This document shows, one piece after another, positions 47,890 through 58,193 of a stretch of DNA of 64,000 nt. The notes under the pieces were generated by a model, which was given only the letters and a program-made list of their open reading frames with translations, was not told where the DNA came from and ran no database searches. The stretch comes from Candidatus Pelagibacterales bacterium (lineage in GTDB: Bacteria; Pseudomonadota; Alphaproteobacteria; TMED109): the NCBI GenBank assembly GCA_002715265.1, contig PAYS01000017.1, positions 66,775-130,774 of the forward strand. Reading direction: 5' to 3'. The first letter of the stretch is position 1. Each line of letters begins with the position of its first letter. Position numbers and translations under genes: made by a program.

Positions 47890-49272
47890 ATGTACAATCT
47901 AAAAAATAATGAAAGTGAAATGGATTATACAAATATAGATACTACAAACTTTAAAGAATATACCGTTACAGAATTAAGTAGCGCCTTAAAAAAAACAATA
48001 GAGGTAAACTTTGACGTTGTTCATGTTAGAGGTGAAATATCTAGTTTAACTGTCGCACGTTCTGGTCATACATATTTTTCTTTAAAAGATGATTTAAATA
48101 TTATCCAAGTAGTTATATGGTCTAGAGTTTCGCAAAGTATGAGTTTAAACTTAGAAGAAGGTATGGAAGTTGTAGTTATTGGAAAAGTTTCTACATATGC
48201 TCCTCAATCTAAATATAACCTTATTGCAAGTTCGATTGAACTTGCAGGAGAAGGAGCATTATTAAAATTAATAGAAGATAGAAGAAGAAAATTAGCTGAA
48301 GAAGGTTTATTTGATGAAAAACACAAAAAGCCTCTTCCTTATTTACCAAAAACCATAGGTATTATTACTTCTCAATCTGGAGCAGCTTTTCATGACATAA
48401 TTATAAGAGTCAAAGAACGTTTTCCAGTTAATATACTATTGATTCCGGTTTTAGTTCAAGGACCAGAATCTGCAAAACAAATAGCAGAAGCTATAGATAA
48501 AATTAATTACTACTCTAAAAATAATAAAGAAAAAATTGATGTTTTAATTGTTGGACGAGGCGGAGGTAGTTTTGAAGATTTAATGGCATTCAATGAAGAA
48601 ATAGTAGTCAGGGCAATATTTAATTCTGCTATACCAATAATATCTGCTGTAGGCCATGAGGTAGACAATTCACTTTCTGATTATGCAGCAGACAAAAGAG
48701 CGCCTACACCCACTGCAGCAGCAGAAATAGCATTACCTGAAAAAATCACAATATTTAACGAGATTGATACGTTATCAAGAAGGCTAATTAATAGTGTTAA
48801 AAATAAAATAGACTTTAGTGCAGAAAATCTAAATAAATATTCTTTGCCTAAGAGCAATGTTTTCTTTGACACAAAAATTATTACTTTAGATATGTTTAGT
48901 GAAAAATTAAAAAGTAAAATTAATGTATTTATCGATAGTTATTTAAATAGAATAGAAAAAAATAAATTAGATATTTTTTCTCCAAAAAAATATTGTTTGA
49001 ATCAAGAAATAAAATTAAGTGCATTGATAAAATTATTAGTTTCTTCTTATGGAAAAATATTAACCCAAAAAAATTCTAATTTTATAAAAATTTCTAATGC
49101 TCTAAATTTATTAAGTTATAATAGAACTTTGGAGAGAGGGTTTGCTTTAATTAAAGATGAAAAAAATAATACCATTAAAAGGGCTAAAGATATAAGTAAA
49201 ATTACTAAGATAAATATTAAGTTTTTTGATGGATTAGTTAGCGCAGATATAGATAAAAATAATGAAAATTAA
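47890..49272 (+). CDS. xseA: Exodeoxyribonuclease VII large subunit
   Basis: VRGEIS, SGHTYFSLKD, GRGGGSFEDL, SAVGHE, RAPTPTAAAE, LERGF. Start is ATG 47890 or 47920, not 47647. Confidence 0.95.
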   Translation: MYNLKNNESEMDYTNIDTTNFKEYTVTELSSALKKTIEVNFDVVHVRGEISSLTVARSGHTYFSLKDDLNIIQVVIWSRVSQSMSLNLEEGMEVVVIGKVSTYAPQSKYNLIASSIELAGEGALLKLIEDRRRKLAEEGLFDEKHKKPLPYLPKTIGIITSQSGAAFHDIIIRVKERFPVNILLIPVLVQGPESAKQIAEAIDKINYYSKNNKEKIDVLIVGRGGGSFEDLMAFNEEIVVRAIFNSAIPIISAVGHEVDNSLSDYAADKRAPTPTAAAEIALPEKITIFNEIDTLSRRLINSVKNKIDFSAENLNKYSLPKSNVFFDTKIITLDMFSEKLKSKINVFIDSYLNRIEKNKLDIFSPKKYCLNQEIKLSALIKLLVSSYGKILTQKNSNFIKISNALNLLSYNRTLERGFALIKDEKNNTIKRAKDISKITKINIKFFDGLVSADIDKNNEN

Positions 49273-50080
49273 CTATTTTATATACATTTTTATATTTTTG
49301 CTTTTTTCTTTTACTATTAGAGCAGAAACATTAATAAAGGGTGAAATAATTGCTGGAGGTATATTAATAATAAAAACACTTCCTAATTCAATTGTAAAAC
49401 TTGATGATAATATAGTTCCAATATCTGATAATGGATATGGATTAATAGGTTTTGAAAGAAAACCAAAAAATATTCAAAAATTAGAAATAGTTTCTCCAAC
49501 AAATCAAACAGAGGAAATTACGTTAAATATCAAAAATAGGTCATATAAAATACAAAAAATAGATGGTCTTGAAAAAGAAAAGGTTGAACCCCCTCAAGAA
49601 CTATTGGATAGAATATACAATGAAAAGATTAGAGTCAAAAAATCTCGTAATGAAGCAAATTCATTGAAAACTCCTTATTATTTAAATGGTTTTGTCATGC
49701 CAGTTAAAGGACCAATAACAGGCGTTTATGGTAGTCAGCGAATTTTAAATGGTGTTCCCAAAAGTCCCCATTATGGTTTAGATATAGCATTGCCTACCGG
49801 ACATAATATTAAGGCACCTATGGATGGTGTAATTATATTTACAGATAATGATTTATTTTATTCTGGTGGAACAATAATTATTGCTCATGGGCAAGGTTTA
49901 AGTACTTCTTATTTGCATTTAAGTAAAATCCTAGTTGAGAAGAATCAAAATGTACGTAAAGGAGATATTATAGGTAAAGTTGGAGCTACTGGAAGAGTTA
50001 CTGGGGCTCATTTGCATTGGGGAGTAGAGTGGATGGGTAAAAGACTTGATCCTGAATATTTAATAAAATTGTTTGATTAA
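49262..50080 (+). CDS. M23-family metallopeptidase
   Basis: Signal peptide, YGSQRILNG, HYGLD (HxxxD), YLHL, TGAHLHW (HxH). Confidence 0.92.
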   Translation: MKINYFIYIFIFLLFSFTIRAETLIKGEIIAGGILIIKTLPNSIVKLDDNIVPISDNGYGLIGFERKPKNIQKLEIVSPTNQTEEITLNIKNRSYKIQKIDGLEKEKVEPPQELLDRIYNEKIRVKKSRNEANSLKTPYYLNGFVMPVKGPITGVYGSQRILNGVPKSPHYGLDIALPTGHNIKAPMDGVIIFTDNDLFYSGGTIIIAHGQGLSTSYLHLSKILVEKNQNVRKGDIIGKVGATGRVTGAHLHWGVEWMGKRLDPEYLIKLFD

Positions 50081-50965
50081 TTATTTTTCCCATCTATTAT
50101 GTATCCAAAGCCATTGTTCCGGGTTTTTTAAAATCCATTTTTCTATTTTATTGTTTATCTTTAATAGTATCATTTTAACTTTATCATCATGATTCATTTC
50201 TTTACTATCAACCTTAATTGGTTTTTCAACTATATATTTAAATTTCACTCCTTTTATTCTTTCTACATGCACTGGTATAATAGGAACTGATAATCTTATA
50301 GAAAGTTCAGCAATAGCAGTTGCTGTTTTTGCAGGATGTCCTAGAAATTTAATAGATTCTCCTTCATTTAACTTTTGATCTGCTAGAATTGCCGCATATT
50401 TTTTTTGTCTCAATACTTTAAAAAGAGTATTTGCTCCTTTAGGACCCTTGGGAGCATATAGGCATATTCCTTTCCTCAGTCTTTGAATAATTTTTTCTGT
50501 TATTGGATTATTTGCGTGTCTATAAATTGAAGTTACCCTTTCTCCTCGTCTTGTAATTATAAGTGGACATATTTCCCAATTTCCTATATGAGCACTAAAA
50601 AGTATTGCACCAGATTTATTTTTTTTAAGATCCTCTAAGTATTTTTTTCCAATTATTGAGAATTTTTTTTTATCTAAATAAGGATTAAGTTTACTAGCAA
50701 ATATTAATTCACCTGTGTTCCTTCCAATATTATTCCACATGTTATTTTTGATAATAGAAATTTTTTTATTACTTAAATTTGGAAACACTTTTGTTAAATT
50801 ACTATTAGCAATATTATCTAGTTTAGTAAGTGGTCCTATAAATTGAACTATTTTTCCTCCCACAAAAGAAGATAGTTTAATACCTATGATTTTACATAAT
50901 ATTATCCAAAACAATAGAAGTATTGCTTCAATTAAATAACTAATAATTAATAATATTTTTTTCAT
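50081..50965 (-). CDS. lpxL: Lipid A late acyltransferase (LpxL/HtrB family)
   Basis: SAHIGNWE, LADQK, PEQWLWIHNRW; clustered with lpxK and waaA. Confidence 0.88.
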   Translation of the reverse strand: MKKILLIISYLIEAILLLFWIILCKIIGIKLSSFVGGKIVQFIGPLTKLDNIANSNLTKVFPNLSNKKISIIKNNMWNNIGRNTGELIFASKLNPYLDKKKFSIIGKKYLEDLKKNKSGAILFSAHIGNWEICPLIITRRGERVTSIYRHANNPITEKIIQRLRKGICLYAPKGPKGANTLFKVLRQKKYAAILADQKLNEGESIKFLGHPAKTATAIAELSIRLSVPIIPVHVERIKGVKFKYIVEKPIKVDSKEMNHDDKVKMILLKINNKIEKWILKNPEQWLWIHNRWEK

Positions 50966-50973
50966 ATTTTATC

Positions 50974-51951
50974 TTATTTATTTATGGTTAATGAATAAAG
51001 TTTATCATTAATAATTTTATCATTAATAAAATCTACTGTAATAGGAAAATAATAAATTCTATTTCTATATTTTTTTAGTATTTTTATATGGTCTTTTTCA
51101 GTGGTTATTAGTAAAGAGTTATATTTTATTGCAATATCAATAAGCTCTTTAAGATCTTTTTCTTTATATTGATAGTGATCTGGGAAAGACTTTTTATATC
51201 TTATGTTGCATCCAATTTCTTTTATCGTTTTAAAAAACTTTTCAGGAAAACCTAGGCCACAAAAAGCAACTACATTTTTATTTTTAAAATTATTTAGATA
51301 TTCACTTTCAATATTTATTTTAGCTTTAATTATAGGAAGTAAGTTATTTAACTTATTTGCTATATTATTTATATCTTCATCTATAATAATACTTAGATGA
51401 CATTTTTTTATACTATCACTAAGTTTTTCTCTTAGAGGACCTGCGGGAATAATTTTACCGTTTCCCAAACCTTGTAGACCATTAAATACTAATAGATTTA
51501 AATCTCCTTTGATAGAAGCATCCTGAATTCCATCATCTAAAACTACAATTTTTGCTCCCATTTTTTGTGCATTTTTTATACTTTCTATTCTATTATTTCC
51601 TATCCATGTAGGAGCTATCTTAGACAAAATTATAGATTCATCTCCTACCTCTTTATAAGAATGTATATCAGTATTTACCAGAGTACTTTTTTTTATAGAA
51701 CCTTTGTAGCCTCTAGATATAATATGAACTTGATATTTTGAATTAGCTAATTTCTTTACAATAGAAATAACTGTTGGGGTTTTTCCAGATCCTCCGGCAA
51801 CCACGTTTCCTACTTTTATTATTTTAATATTATTAAAGTTATAGGATTTTTTCTTTCTTAATACACTTCCTAAAACCCACAAAAATGAAATAGGCCTTAA
51901 TAATATTGAGATTATACTATTTTTGGAATACCAAAATTTTGGGGTTTTCAT
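50974..51951 (-). CDS. lpxK: Tetraacyldisaccharide 4'-kinase
   Basis: VGNVVAGGSGKTP, SRGY, VGDE, LDDG.Q, PAGPLRE, FPDH, TEKD. Confidence 0.95.
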   Translation of the reverse strand: MKTPKFWYSKNSIISILLRPISFLWVLGSVLRKKKSYNFNNIKIIKVGNVVAGGSGKTPTVISIVKKLANSKYQVHIISRGYKGSIKKSTLVNTDIHSYKEVGDESIILSKIAPTWIGNNRIESIKNAQKMGAKIVVLDDGIQDASIKGDLNLLVFNGLQGLGNGKIIPAGPLREKLSDSIKKCHLSIIIDEDINNIANKLNNLLPIIKAKINIESEYLNNFKNKNVVAFCGLGFPEKFFKTIKEIGCNIRYKKSFPDHYQYKEKDLKELIDIAIKYNSLLITTEKDHIKILKKYRNRIYYFPITVDFINDKIINDKLYSLTINK

Positions 51952-51964
51952 ATTTTATTTTCCA

Positions 51965-53248
51965 TTATAGTTTTAATATAGGCTTAAGAATATCTAATAT
52001 TTCCTTAACTGGGCTTGGCATATCTTTTACTAGTTTAAATGCCTTATTTTTTAATTTATTCACTTCATTGTTATTTTTACATAAAGAAGTTAATTCTGCT
52101 ATTAATTCATTAGTATTTTTTATTTGAATTGCTGCTTTATTATTTAATAAAATTTCAGCAGTACTTATGTGATTACTTACATCTGGTCCAAATATGATTG
52201 CACATTTTTCAAAAGCTGGTTCGATTAAATTATGCCCTCCTTTTTGAGCTAGACTTCCGCCTATAAAGCATATATCTGCAATTTCGTAAAAAGTTCCTAA
52301 CTCTCCTATGGTATCAGCAACATAAATATCTGTTATAGTTTTAGAAGGTTTTTTAGAACTTCTTAAATTAATATTTAAATTATTTTTGACTCCTAGTTTC
52401 AAAATATTGCTTATTTTTTGAGGATAACGAGGTACTATTATAGTTAGTAAGTTATGTTTTATTTTTTTTAGCTTTTTATGAGATAAAATTGCTGCTTCTT
52501 CCTCAATATTGTCATGAATACTTGCAAATACTATTATAAATTTTTTATTAATATTTTTGGTTAAGCTAGATTTTTTTGAATAAGACATTTTGGGGGCATT
52601 TACAGAATTTTTTAAATTTATTTCTTTAGCTATATTTACTGCCCCAATATTTTTATATCTCATATAGTTTTTATTATCTTGCGCTATTATTAAATTAAAT
52701 TTTTTAAAAATATATTTTGCAAAGCTTTTTAAAACTATCCATTTTTTATATGTATTTAGAGACATTCGTCCTTGTATAAGGATTAAGGGTATCTTTCTGT
52801 AATGACTATTAATTATTATATTTGGCCATATTTCTGATTCAATAAAAATAATAGATTTAGGCTTCCAATTATTTAAAAAAATATTTATTACAATAGGATG
52901 GTCTATAGGGGCATATTGGTGGCAGATATTATCGCTATTAATATCCTTTAAAATTGATCTCACATGTTTTGCGCTAGTGACTGTTACTGTAGTAAATAAA
53001 ATTTTAACATTATATGTTAACAATTCTTTTATTAAAGGAATCGCAGATCTAGCTTCGCCTAAACTTGCCGCATTTATCCATATCAAATTGCTGTTTTTAT
53101 ATTTATTGCTATTAAAACCAAATTTTTCTTTTATTTTATTAAGTTCTTCTTTTTTAAGAATTAGTCTGTAAAAATATATAAATGGAAGAAAAGGAGTGAT
53201 GAAAATCCATATAATATAGTAAAATTTAGCCAGAAGAAGTCCAAACAA
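51965..53248 (-). CDS. waaA: Kdo transferase
   Basis: WINAASLGE, HQYAPID, ESEIWPN, DTIGEL, GGSL...GGHNLIEP. Confidence 0.95.
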   Translation of the reverse strand: MFGLLLAKFYYIIWIFITPFLPFIYFYRLILKKEELNKIKEKFGFNSNKYKNSNLIWINAASLGEARSAIPLIKELLTYNVKILFTTVTVTSAKHVRSILKDINSDNICHQYAPIDHPIVINIFLNNWKPKSIIFIESEIWPNIIINSHYRKIPLILIQGRMSLNTYKKWIVLKSFAKYIFKKFNLIIAQDNKNYMRYKNIGAVNIAKEINLKNSVNAPKMSYSKKSSLTKNINKKFIIVFASIHDNIEEEAAILSHKKLKKIKHNLLTIIVPRYPQKISNILKLGVKNNLNINLRSSKKPSKTITDIYVADTIGELGTFYEIADICFIGGSLAQKGGHNLIEPAFEKCAIIFGPDVSNHISTAEILLNNKAAIQIKNTNELIAELTSLCKNNNEVNKLKNKAFKLVKDMPSPVKEILDILKPILKL

Positions 53249-53282
53249 TTAAGTATCTTTCATAAATTAATAATAATTATTA

Positions 53283-54611
53283 TTATAGACCTGCAACCGT
53301 CATATTATCAATCATTAGAGTTGGAGCATCAATTCCGGTCATAAACTTTAAATCTGAAGCAGGGGTAATACTTTTGTACATGTCTAAAATATTGCCTGCA
53401 ACGGTAACCTCACTTACAGGGTATACTTTTTCTCCATCTTTTATCCAAAAACCAGTAGCTCCTCTACTATAATCTCCTGTAACCTCATTAAAAGACATTC
53501 CCATCATTTCAGTAATATAAAAACCATTTTTTATAGATTTTAATAAATCATTATTTTTTATTGTTCCTGGCTCAATATAAATGTTAGATGCTGAAGGAAT
53601 AGGAGGAGACCCAGCTGCATGGCCTGTACTTTTCATTTTCAACTGTCTTGCAGTATTACTATCAAGTATCCAAGATAATAATTTACCTTTTTCTACAATA
53701 TTAATTTTACTTGTTTTAACGCCTTCGCTATCAAATATTCTAGACCTAGGCCCTCTAGGTATAAGAGGATCATCAATAATATTTATATTTTTATTAAAAA
53801 TATTATTTTGTATTTTATCCTTTAAAAAAGAAGTTCCTCTAGCAACTGCTTTTCCCGATATTCCTCCTATTAATAAAGAAAGTAAGCTTCCAGATACTTT
53901 TGGGTCAAATATTACTGGCACACTATCACTCTTTACTTTTTTGGGATTTAATCTTGAAATAGCTCTTTCACCGGCAATTTTTCCAATTTCTTCAGGACTA
54001 TCAAGGTCTTTAATATGAATCTTACTTTGGTATTCATAATCTCTTTCCATCTTAGTACCTTCTCCAGCAATAACAGATATTCCTGCAGAATAATTTGTTC
54101 TTGTAAAATAATTATCAAACCCGTTAGAACTGTTTAAATAAAATTTACTCTTAGAATAGGAGTAAGAGCTTCCTTCAGAATTAGTAATACCTGCAATATT
54201 TAAAGCACTTTCTTCTGTTGCTAACGCTTTATTAAGCAAATCTTGATTATTAGGAACATAATTATCAACTAAATCTAAGTTAGTATTGCCATTGTATAAT
54301 TCAGATTTTTCAGGTAAGCCACAATAAGGATCTTCAGGAACAAATTTTACCATTGCTAAAGCATTATGGGCTAATTTATCAAGAGCCTCTTCTGAAAGGT
54401 CTGTAGAAGATACAGTAACTTGTTTTTTTTCATGTATTAAACGTAAACCAATACTTTTTGATTCATTTCTTTCAACATTTTCAAGATTGCCAAGTCGCGC
54501 GGTGACATTTAAAGAGGTGCTTTCTCTACCTATTACTGAAACGTCTTGACAGCCTAAATTTTTACTAAGATCTAAAAGTCTATGAATCTTTTCTTTAAGA
54601 TTATTACTCAT
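53283..54611 (-). CDS. pmbA: TldD/PmbA family protein (PmbA/TldE)
   Basis: MERDY, GTSFL, FDSEG, TGHA, TGDYSRGA.GF, PVSEVTVAGN, APTL. Confidence 0.92.
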   Translation of the reverse strand: MSNNLKEKIHRLLDLSKNLGCQDVSVIGRESTSLNVTARLGNLENVERNESKSIGLRLIHEKKQVTVSSTDLSEEALDKLAHNALAMVKFVPEDPYCGLPEKSELYNGNTNLDLVDNYVPNNQDLLNKALATEESALNIAGITNSEGSSYSYSKSKFYLNSSNGFDNYFTRTNYSAGISVIAGEGTKMERDYEYQSKIHIKDLDSPEEIGKIAGERAISRLNPKKVKSDSVPVIFDPKVSGSLLSLLIGGISGKAVARGTSFLKDKIQNNIFNKNINIIDDPLIPRGPRSRIFDSEGVKTSKINIVEKGKLLSWILDSNTARQLKMKSTGHAAGSPPIPSASNIYIEPGTIKNNDLLKSIKNGFYITEMMGMSFNEVTGDYSRGATGFWIKDGEKVYPVSEVTVAGNILDMYKSITPASDLKFMTGIDAPTLMIDNMTVAGL

Positions 54612-54993
54612 TTTTAAATTTTATTAATACCTCTTCGTTATAAATTAACATTTCACATTTACATGTTTTTTCAATTTTACTTGCTCTTCTCATCCTTTCA
54701 CAACCTTCTAAGGCTGCTTTTTTAGCAATTTTTAAGTCATACAAGTTAAATCCATAACCTAGAGCAGTAAAAATTTTTTCTTCTACAAAATTTTTGTCAA
54801 TAATTTCCCATGGTATACATGCTGCCCCAGATCTATTTTTTTCTAATTTGTCATAATTAACATTCCAATGCATCATAGAACGCTTAAATATTAAAATGAT
54901 GTCTTCTGCTGTAATAGTATCTTTTGCATATCCTGTATTAGTAATAAAAAGTAAGGCAAAAATAATAGAGAAGGTTGAGGTCATTAATTTCAT
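54604..54993 (-). CDS. Small exported Cys-containing hypothetical protein
   Basis: Signal peptide ending GYA; four Cys, including AKKAALEGC...CKC; stop overlaps the pmbA start. Confidence 0.7.
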   Translation of the reverse strand: MKLMTSTFSIIFALLFITNTGYAKDTITAEDIILIFKRSMMHWNVNYDKLEKNRSGAACIPWEIIDKNFVEEKIFTALGYGFNLYDLKIAKKAALEGCERMRRASKIEKTCKCEMLIYNEEVLIKFKNE

Positions 54994-55028
54994 TATTCAA
55001 TATTCCTATATAACTAGTAATTAAAAAT

Positions 55029-56036
55029 TTATATAGTCCAAGTTTGACCTTTTTCCATAATATTACTTATTTTATTTTTATGTTCTTCTATCCTATGTGT
55101 ATAATATGAGTCAAGAGTAGGTTTTTCTGTACTATATAATACTCCTAGAGCTATTGGCATAGTACTTTGATTCATCTGAGATAGTAAATAAGCTATAATT
55201 TTGTTACTTTCATCATGAATTAAAATTTTACTTTCTTCTTTTTTATTAATTTTTAGGTCAATAACCTCTAATTTAGAATGATCTGCACTTAAAGATAATC
55301 CTTTTGTATTGTCTTCGCCAAATAACATTGGTTTACCATTTTCAAGATGTATTTGGCGTTCAATTGCAGCAGATTTTTCAGTAAAAGAATTAAAAACATT
55401 ATCATTATAAACAATACAATTTTGAAAAATTTCTACTAATGCAGTTCCGCTATGTTCTTTAGCTTTGCTCAAAGTTGGAACAAGCTGTTTAATAGCTGTA
55501 TCAACACCTCTAGCTACAAAAGTAGCTCCTGAGCTTAATGCTAATTCACACGCTGATAGGGGAGATTCTAAAGAACCTTTTGGTGTTGATGGAGATATTG
55601 TACCTGTTCTAGATGCAGGAGAGGCTTGTCCTTTTGTTAATCCATAAATTTCATTATTAAATAAAAGAATTTGGCAGTTAAGGTTTCTTCTAAATAAATG
55701 AATAAAATGATTTCCTCCAATTGATAAAGAATCTCCATCTCCTGTAATTACCCAAACGTCTAATTCAGGATTTGTTATTTTAATACCAGTAGCAAAAGCA
55801 GGAGCTCTACCGTGAATAGTATGAAAACCATAGGTAGACATGTAGTATGGCAATCTAGAGGAACAACCAATTCCCGATACAAATACGGTATTAGCTTTAT
55901 CAGCTTGATGGTCTGCTAACGTTCTTTTTACAGCATTTAAAATTGCATAATCGCCACAGCCAGGACACCATCGCACTTCTTGGTCTGATGCATAGTCATT
56001 TGGCTTTAATTGAGCAGGTTTTTCATTAATTCCCAT
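55029..56036 (-). CDS. korB: 2-oxoacid:ferredoxin oxidoreductase beta subunit
   Basis: WCPGCGD, SGIGCSS, HTIHGRA, GDGD..NN..YGLTKGQ TPP motif. Confidence 0.93.
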   Translation of the reverse strand: MGINEKPAQLKPNDYASDQEVRWCPGCGDYAILNAVKRTLADHQADKANTVFVSGIGCSSRLPYYMSTYGFHTIHGRAPAFATGIKITNPELDVWVITGDGDSLSIGGNHFIHLFRRNLNCQILLFNNEIYGLTKGQASPASRTGTISPSTPKGSLESPLSACELALSSGATFVARGVDTAIKQLVPTLSKAKEHSGTALVEIFQNCIVYNDNVFNSFTEKSAAIERQIHLENGKPMLFGEDNTKGLSLSADHSKLEVIDLKINKKEESKILIHDESNKIIAYLLSQMNQSTMPIALGVLYSTEKPTLDSYYTHRIEEHKNKISNIMEKGQTWTI

Positions 56037-56038
56037 TT

Positions 56039-57907
56039 TTAAATCCCATCTTTTAAAATATTCAAGATTTTTTCTTTTAAATAAGATACCCTGAATGGTT
56101 TGCCAGAAACTTGAGTAATAGAATTAGCTTTTGGAGCAATTTCTGTTCGTAAAAGGTTATAGAGTTGTCCATCATTCATCTCTATAACTATAGTAGATTT
56201 AAACTTTGTAATAATTTCTTTTAATTTTGAACTTAGCGGCCATAAACAATTCAATTGTATATGGCTTATTTTGATATTTTCGTTCTTAAGTAATTCTTTA
56301 ACCTCGGAGATAGGACCGTTCGTTGATCCCCAGCCAATTAGTAAAATATCGCCATTATCTAATCCATTTATCGGAATATCTGAAAATTCTTTTTCTATAT
56401 TTTGAATTTTTTGATTCCTTAAATTAGTCATTTTCGCATGATTATCTGGATCATAACTAATATTTCCAGATATAGAGTCTTTTTCAAGTCCACCAATTCT
56501 ATGTTCCATTCCTTTAGTGCCTGGTTTCACCCATTTTCTTGCTAGCGTTTTTGGATCTCTCTCAAAAGGTTGATAATTTTCTATAAAATTTGCAAACTTT
56601 GCAGGAAATTTTTCAATTTTTTCAATATCAGGTATTAGCCAAGGTTCGGAAGCGTTAGTTAAGTAGGCATCAGATAGAATCATTACAGGCGTCATATACT
56701 TTATAGCAATTTTTATAGCTTTGTGTGATATATTGAAACAATCTGCTGGACTTTTAGGGGCCAAAACTACTAATGGGGCTTCCCCATGACGTCCATAAAT
56801 TGCTTGCATCAAATCTGATTGTTCTGCACGTGTGGGAAGTCCTGTTGAAGGTCCAGCCCTTTGACTATTAACAATAATTAGCGGTAGCTCTACTGATATA
56901 GCTAGGCCTATAGCTTCAGTTTTTAGGGATATTCCAGGTCCAGAACTTGATGTAACACCTAAACCGCCTGCATATGAAACACCAATTGCGGCGCAGCAAG
57001 CAGCTATTTCATCTTCAGCTTGATAAATTCCTATATTTTCTATTTCATAATTTGCTAAGTAATGCATTATTGGTGACGCAGGAGTTATAGGGTAAGAGCA
57101 TAAAGTCATTTTGAGGTTAGCATGATTTGCTCCAGTAGCTAGACCAAATGCAATCGCTTCTGCTCCTGTTATAGCCCTCCATTTTCCTGGTAATGGTTTA
57201 GCCTGTGGAACTTCTTTTCTTAAGATATCATTTGATATTTCAGTATTTTCTGCGTAGGCACTTCCTGCTTTCAAAGCAGCAATATTTGCTTTAGTAAGAA
57301 TATTATCTTTTCCAAATTTTTTTATAAGCCAATCTTCTGTTTGTTTGGTATTTTTTGAGAATAGCCATAAAATTAACCCTAAGGTCCACATATTTCTACA
57401 TCTTATTCCATCTTTTTGTCCTAAACCAAAATCTTTAACAGCTTCTATTGTTAAATTAGATATATCTGCAGATATTAATTGCATGCCAGATAAAGAATTA
57501 TCTTCTATAGGGTTATTAGAATAACCTGCTTTTCTTATGCCTCTATCATTAAAACTACCATTATCAATAATAATTAATCCACCTGGAATAACTTCTTTAA
57601 TATTCATTTTTAGTGCTGCAGGATTCATTGCAACTAAAATATCTGCGTGATCTCCAGAACTTGCAATAAGTCCTTCTCCAAATCTAACTTGAAAAGAAGA
57701 AACTCCAAAAGTTGTTCCTGCAGGAGCTCTAATCTCAGCTGGGTAATCTGGGAATGTAGCTAATCCCATCCCTGAAATTGCAGCCTCAAAGGTTAATCTG
57801 CCTCCAGTAAGTTGCATTCCATCTCCAGAGTCACCTGCAAATCTAACGGTGGTAGACCATTTGTCCATTTTTATTTGAGAGTTTTTTGTAGAAGGGTTTC
57901 CGTCCAA
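56039..57907 (-). CDS. korA: 2-oxoacid:ferredoxin oxidoreductase alpha subunit (gamma-alpha fusion)
   Basis: FAGDSGDGMQL, PAEIRAP, YPITPAS, QAEDEIAA, QRAGPSTGLPT, EMN.GQ. Confidence 0.93.
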   Translation of the reverse strand: MDGNPSTKNSQIKMDKWSTTVRFAGDSGDGMQLTGGRLTFEAAISGMGLATFPDYPAEIRAPAGTTFGVSSFQVRFGEGLIASSGDHADILVAMNPAALKMNIKEVIPGGLIIIDNGSFNDRGIRKAGYSNNPIEDNSLSGMQLISADISNLTIEAVKDFGLGQKDGIRCRNMWTLGLILWLFSKNTKQTEDWLIKKFGKDNILTKANIAALKAGSAYAENTEISNDILRKEVPQAKPLPGKWRAITGAEAIAFGLATGANHANLKMTLCSYPITPASPIMHYLANYEIENIGIYQAEDEIAACCAAIGVSYAGGLGVTSSSGPGISLKTEAIGLAISVELPLIIVNSQRAGPSTGLPTRAEQSDLMQAIYGRHGEAPLVVLAPKSPADCFNISHKAIKIAIKYMTPVMILSDAYLTNASEPWLIPDIEKIEKFPAKFANFIENYQPFERDPKTLARKWVKPGTKGMEHRIGGLEKDSISGNISYDPDNHAKMTNLRNQKIQNIEKEFSDIPINGLDNGDILLIGWGSTNGPISEVKELLKNENIKISHIQLNCLWPLSSKLKEIITKFKSTIVIEMNDGQLYNLLRTEIAPKANSITQVSGKPFRVSYLKEKILNILKDGI

Positions 57908-57992
57908 ATTATTTCTCTTTACACATATGTAATTACAATTTTAAACATAGTAATATATCAATAAATAATAATAAATATATTTATTAATTTTT

Positions 57993-58066
57993 TGGCTGGG
58001 GCGCCTGGATTCGAACCAGGGATACCGATACCAAAAACCGGTGCCTTACCGCTTGGCCACGCCCCA
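57993..58066 (-). tRNA. tRNA-Gln(TTG)
   Basis: Reverse complement TGGGGCGTGGCCAAGCGGTAAGGCACCGGTTTTTGGTATCGGTATCCCTGGTTCGAATCCAGGCGCCCCAGCCA; anticodon TTG, encoded CCA. Confidence 0.97.
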
Positions 58067-58193
58067 ATTGCTAAAATATATTAAAGAATATGTAACGTTA
58101 GATTAAGTTTTTCGCAAGTATAACTGTATAAAAAATTAACTATTTATTATTCAATAAATTGACTGAATAAAATTAAGTGATAAAACTTCTTAT

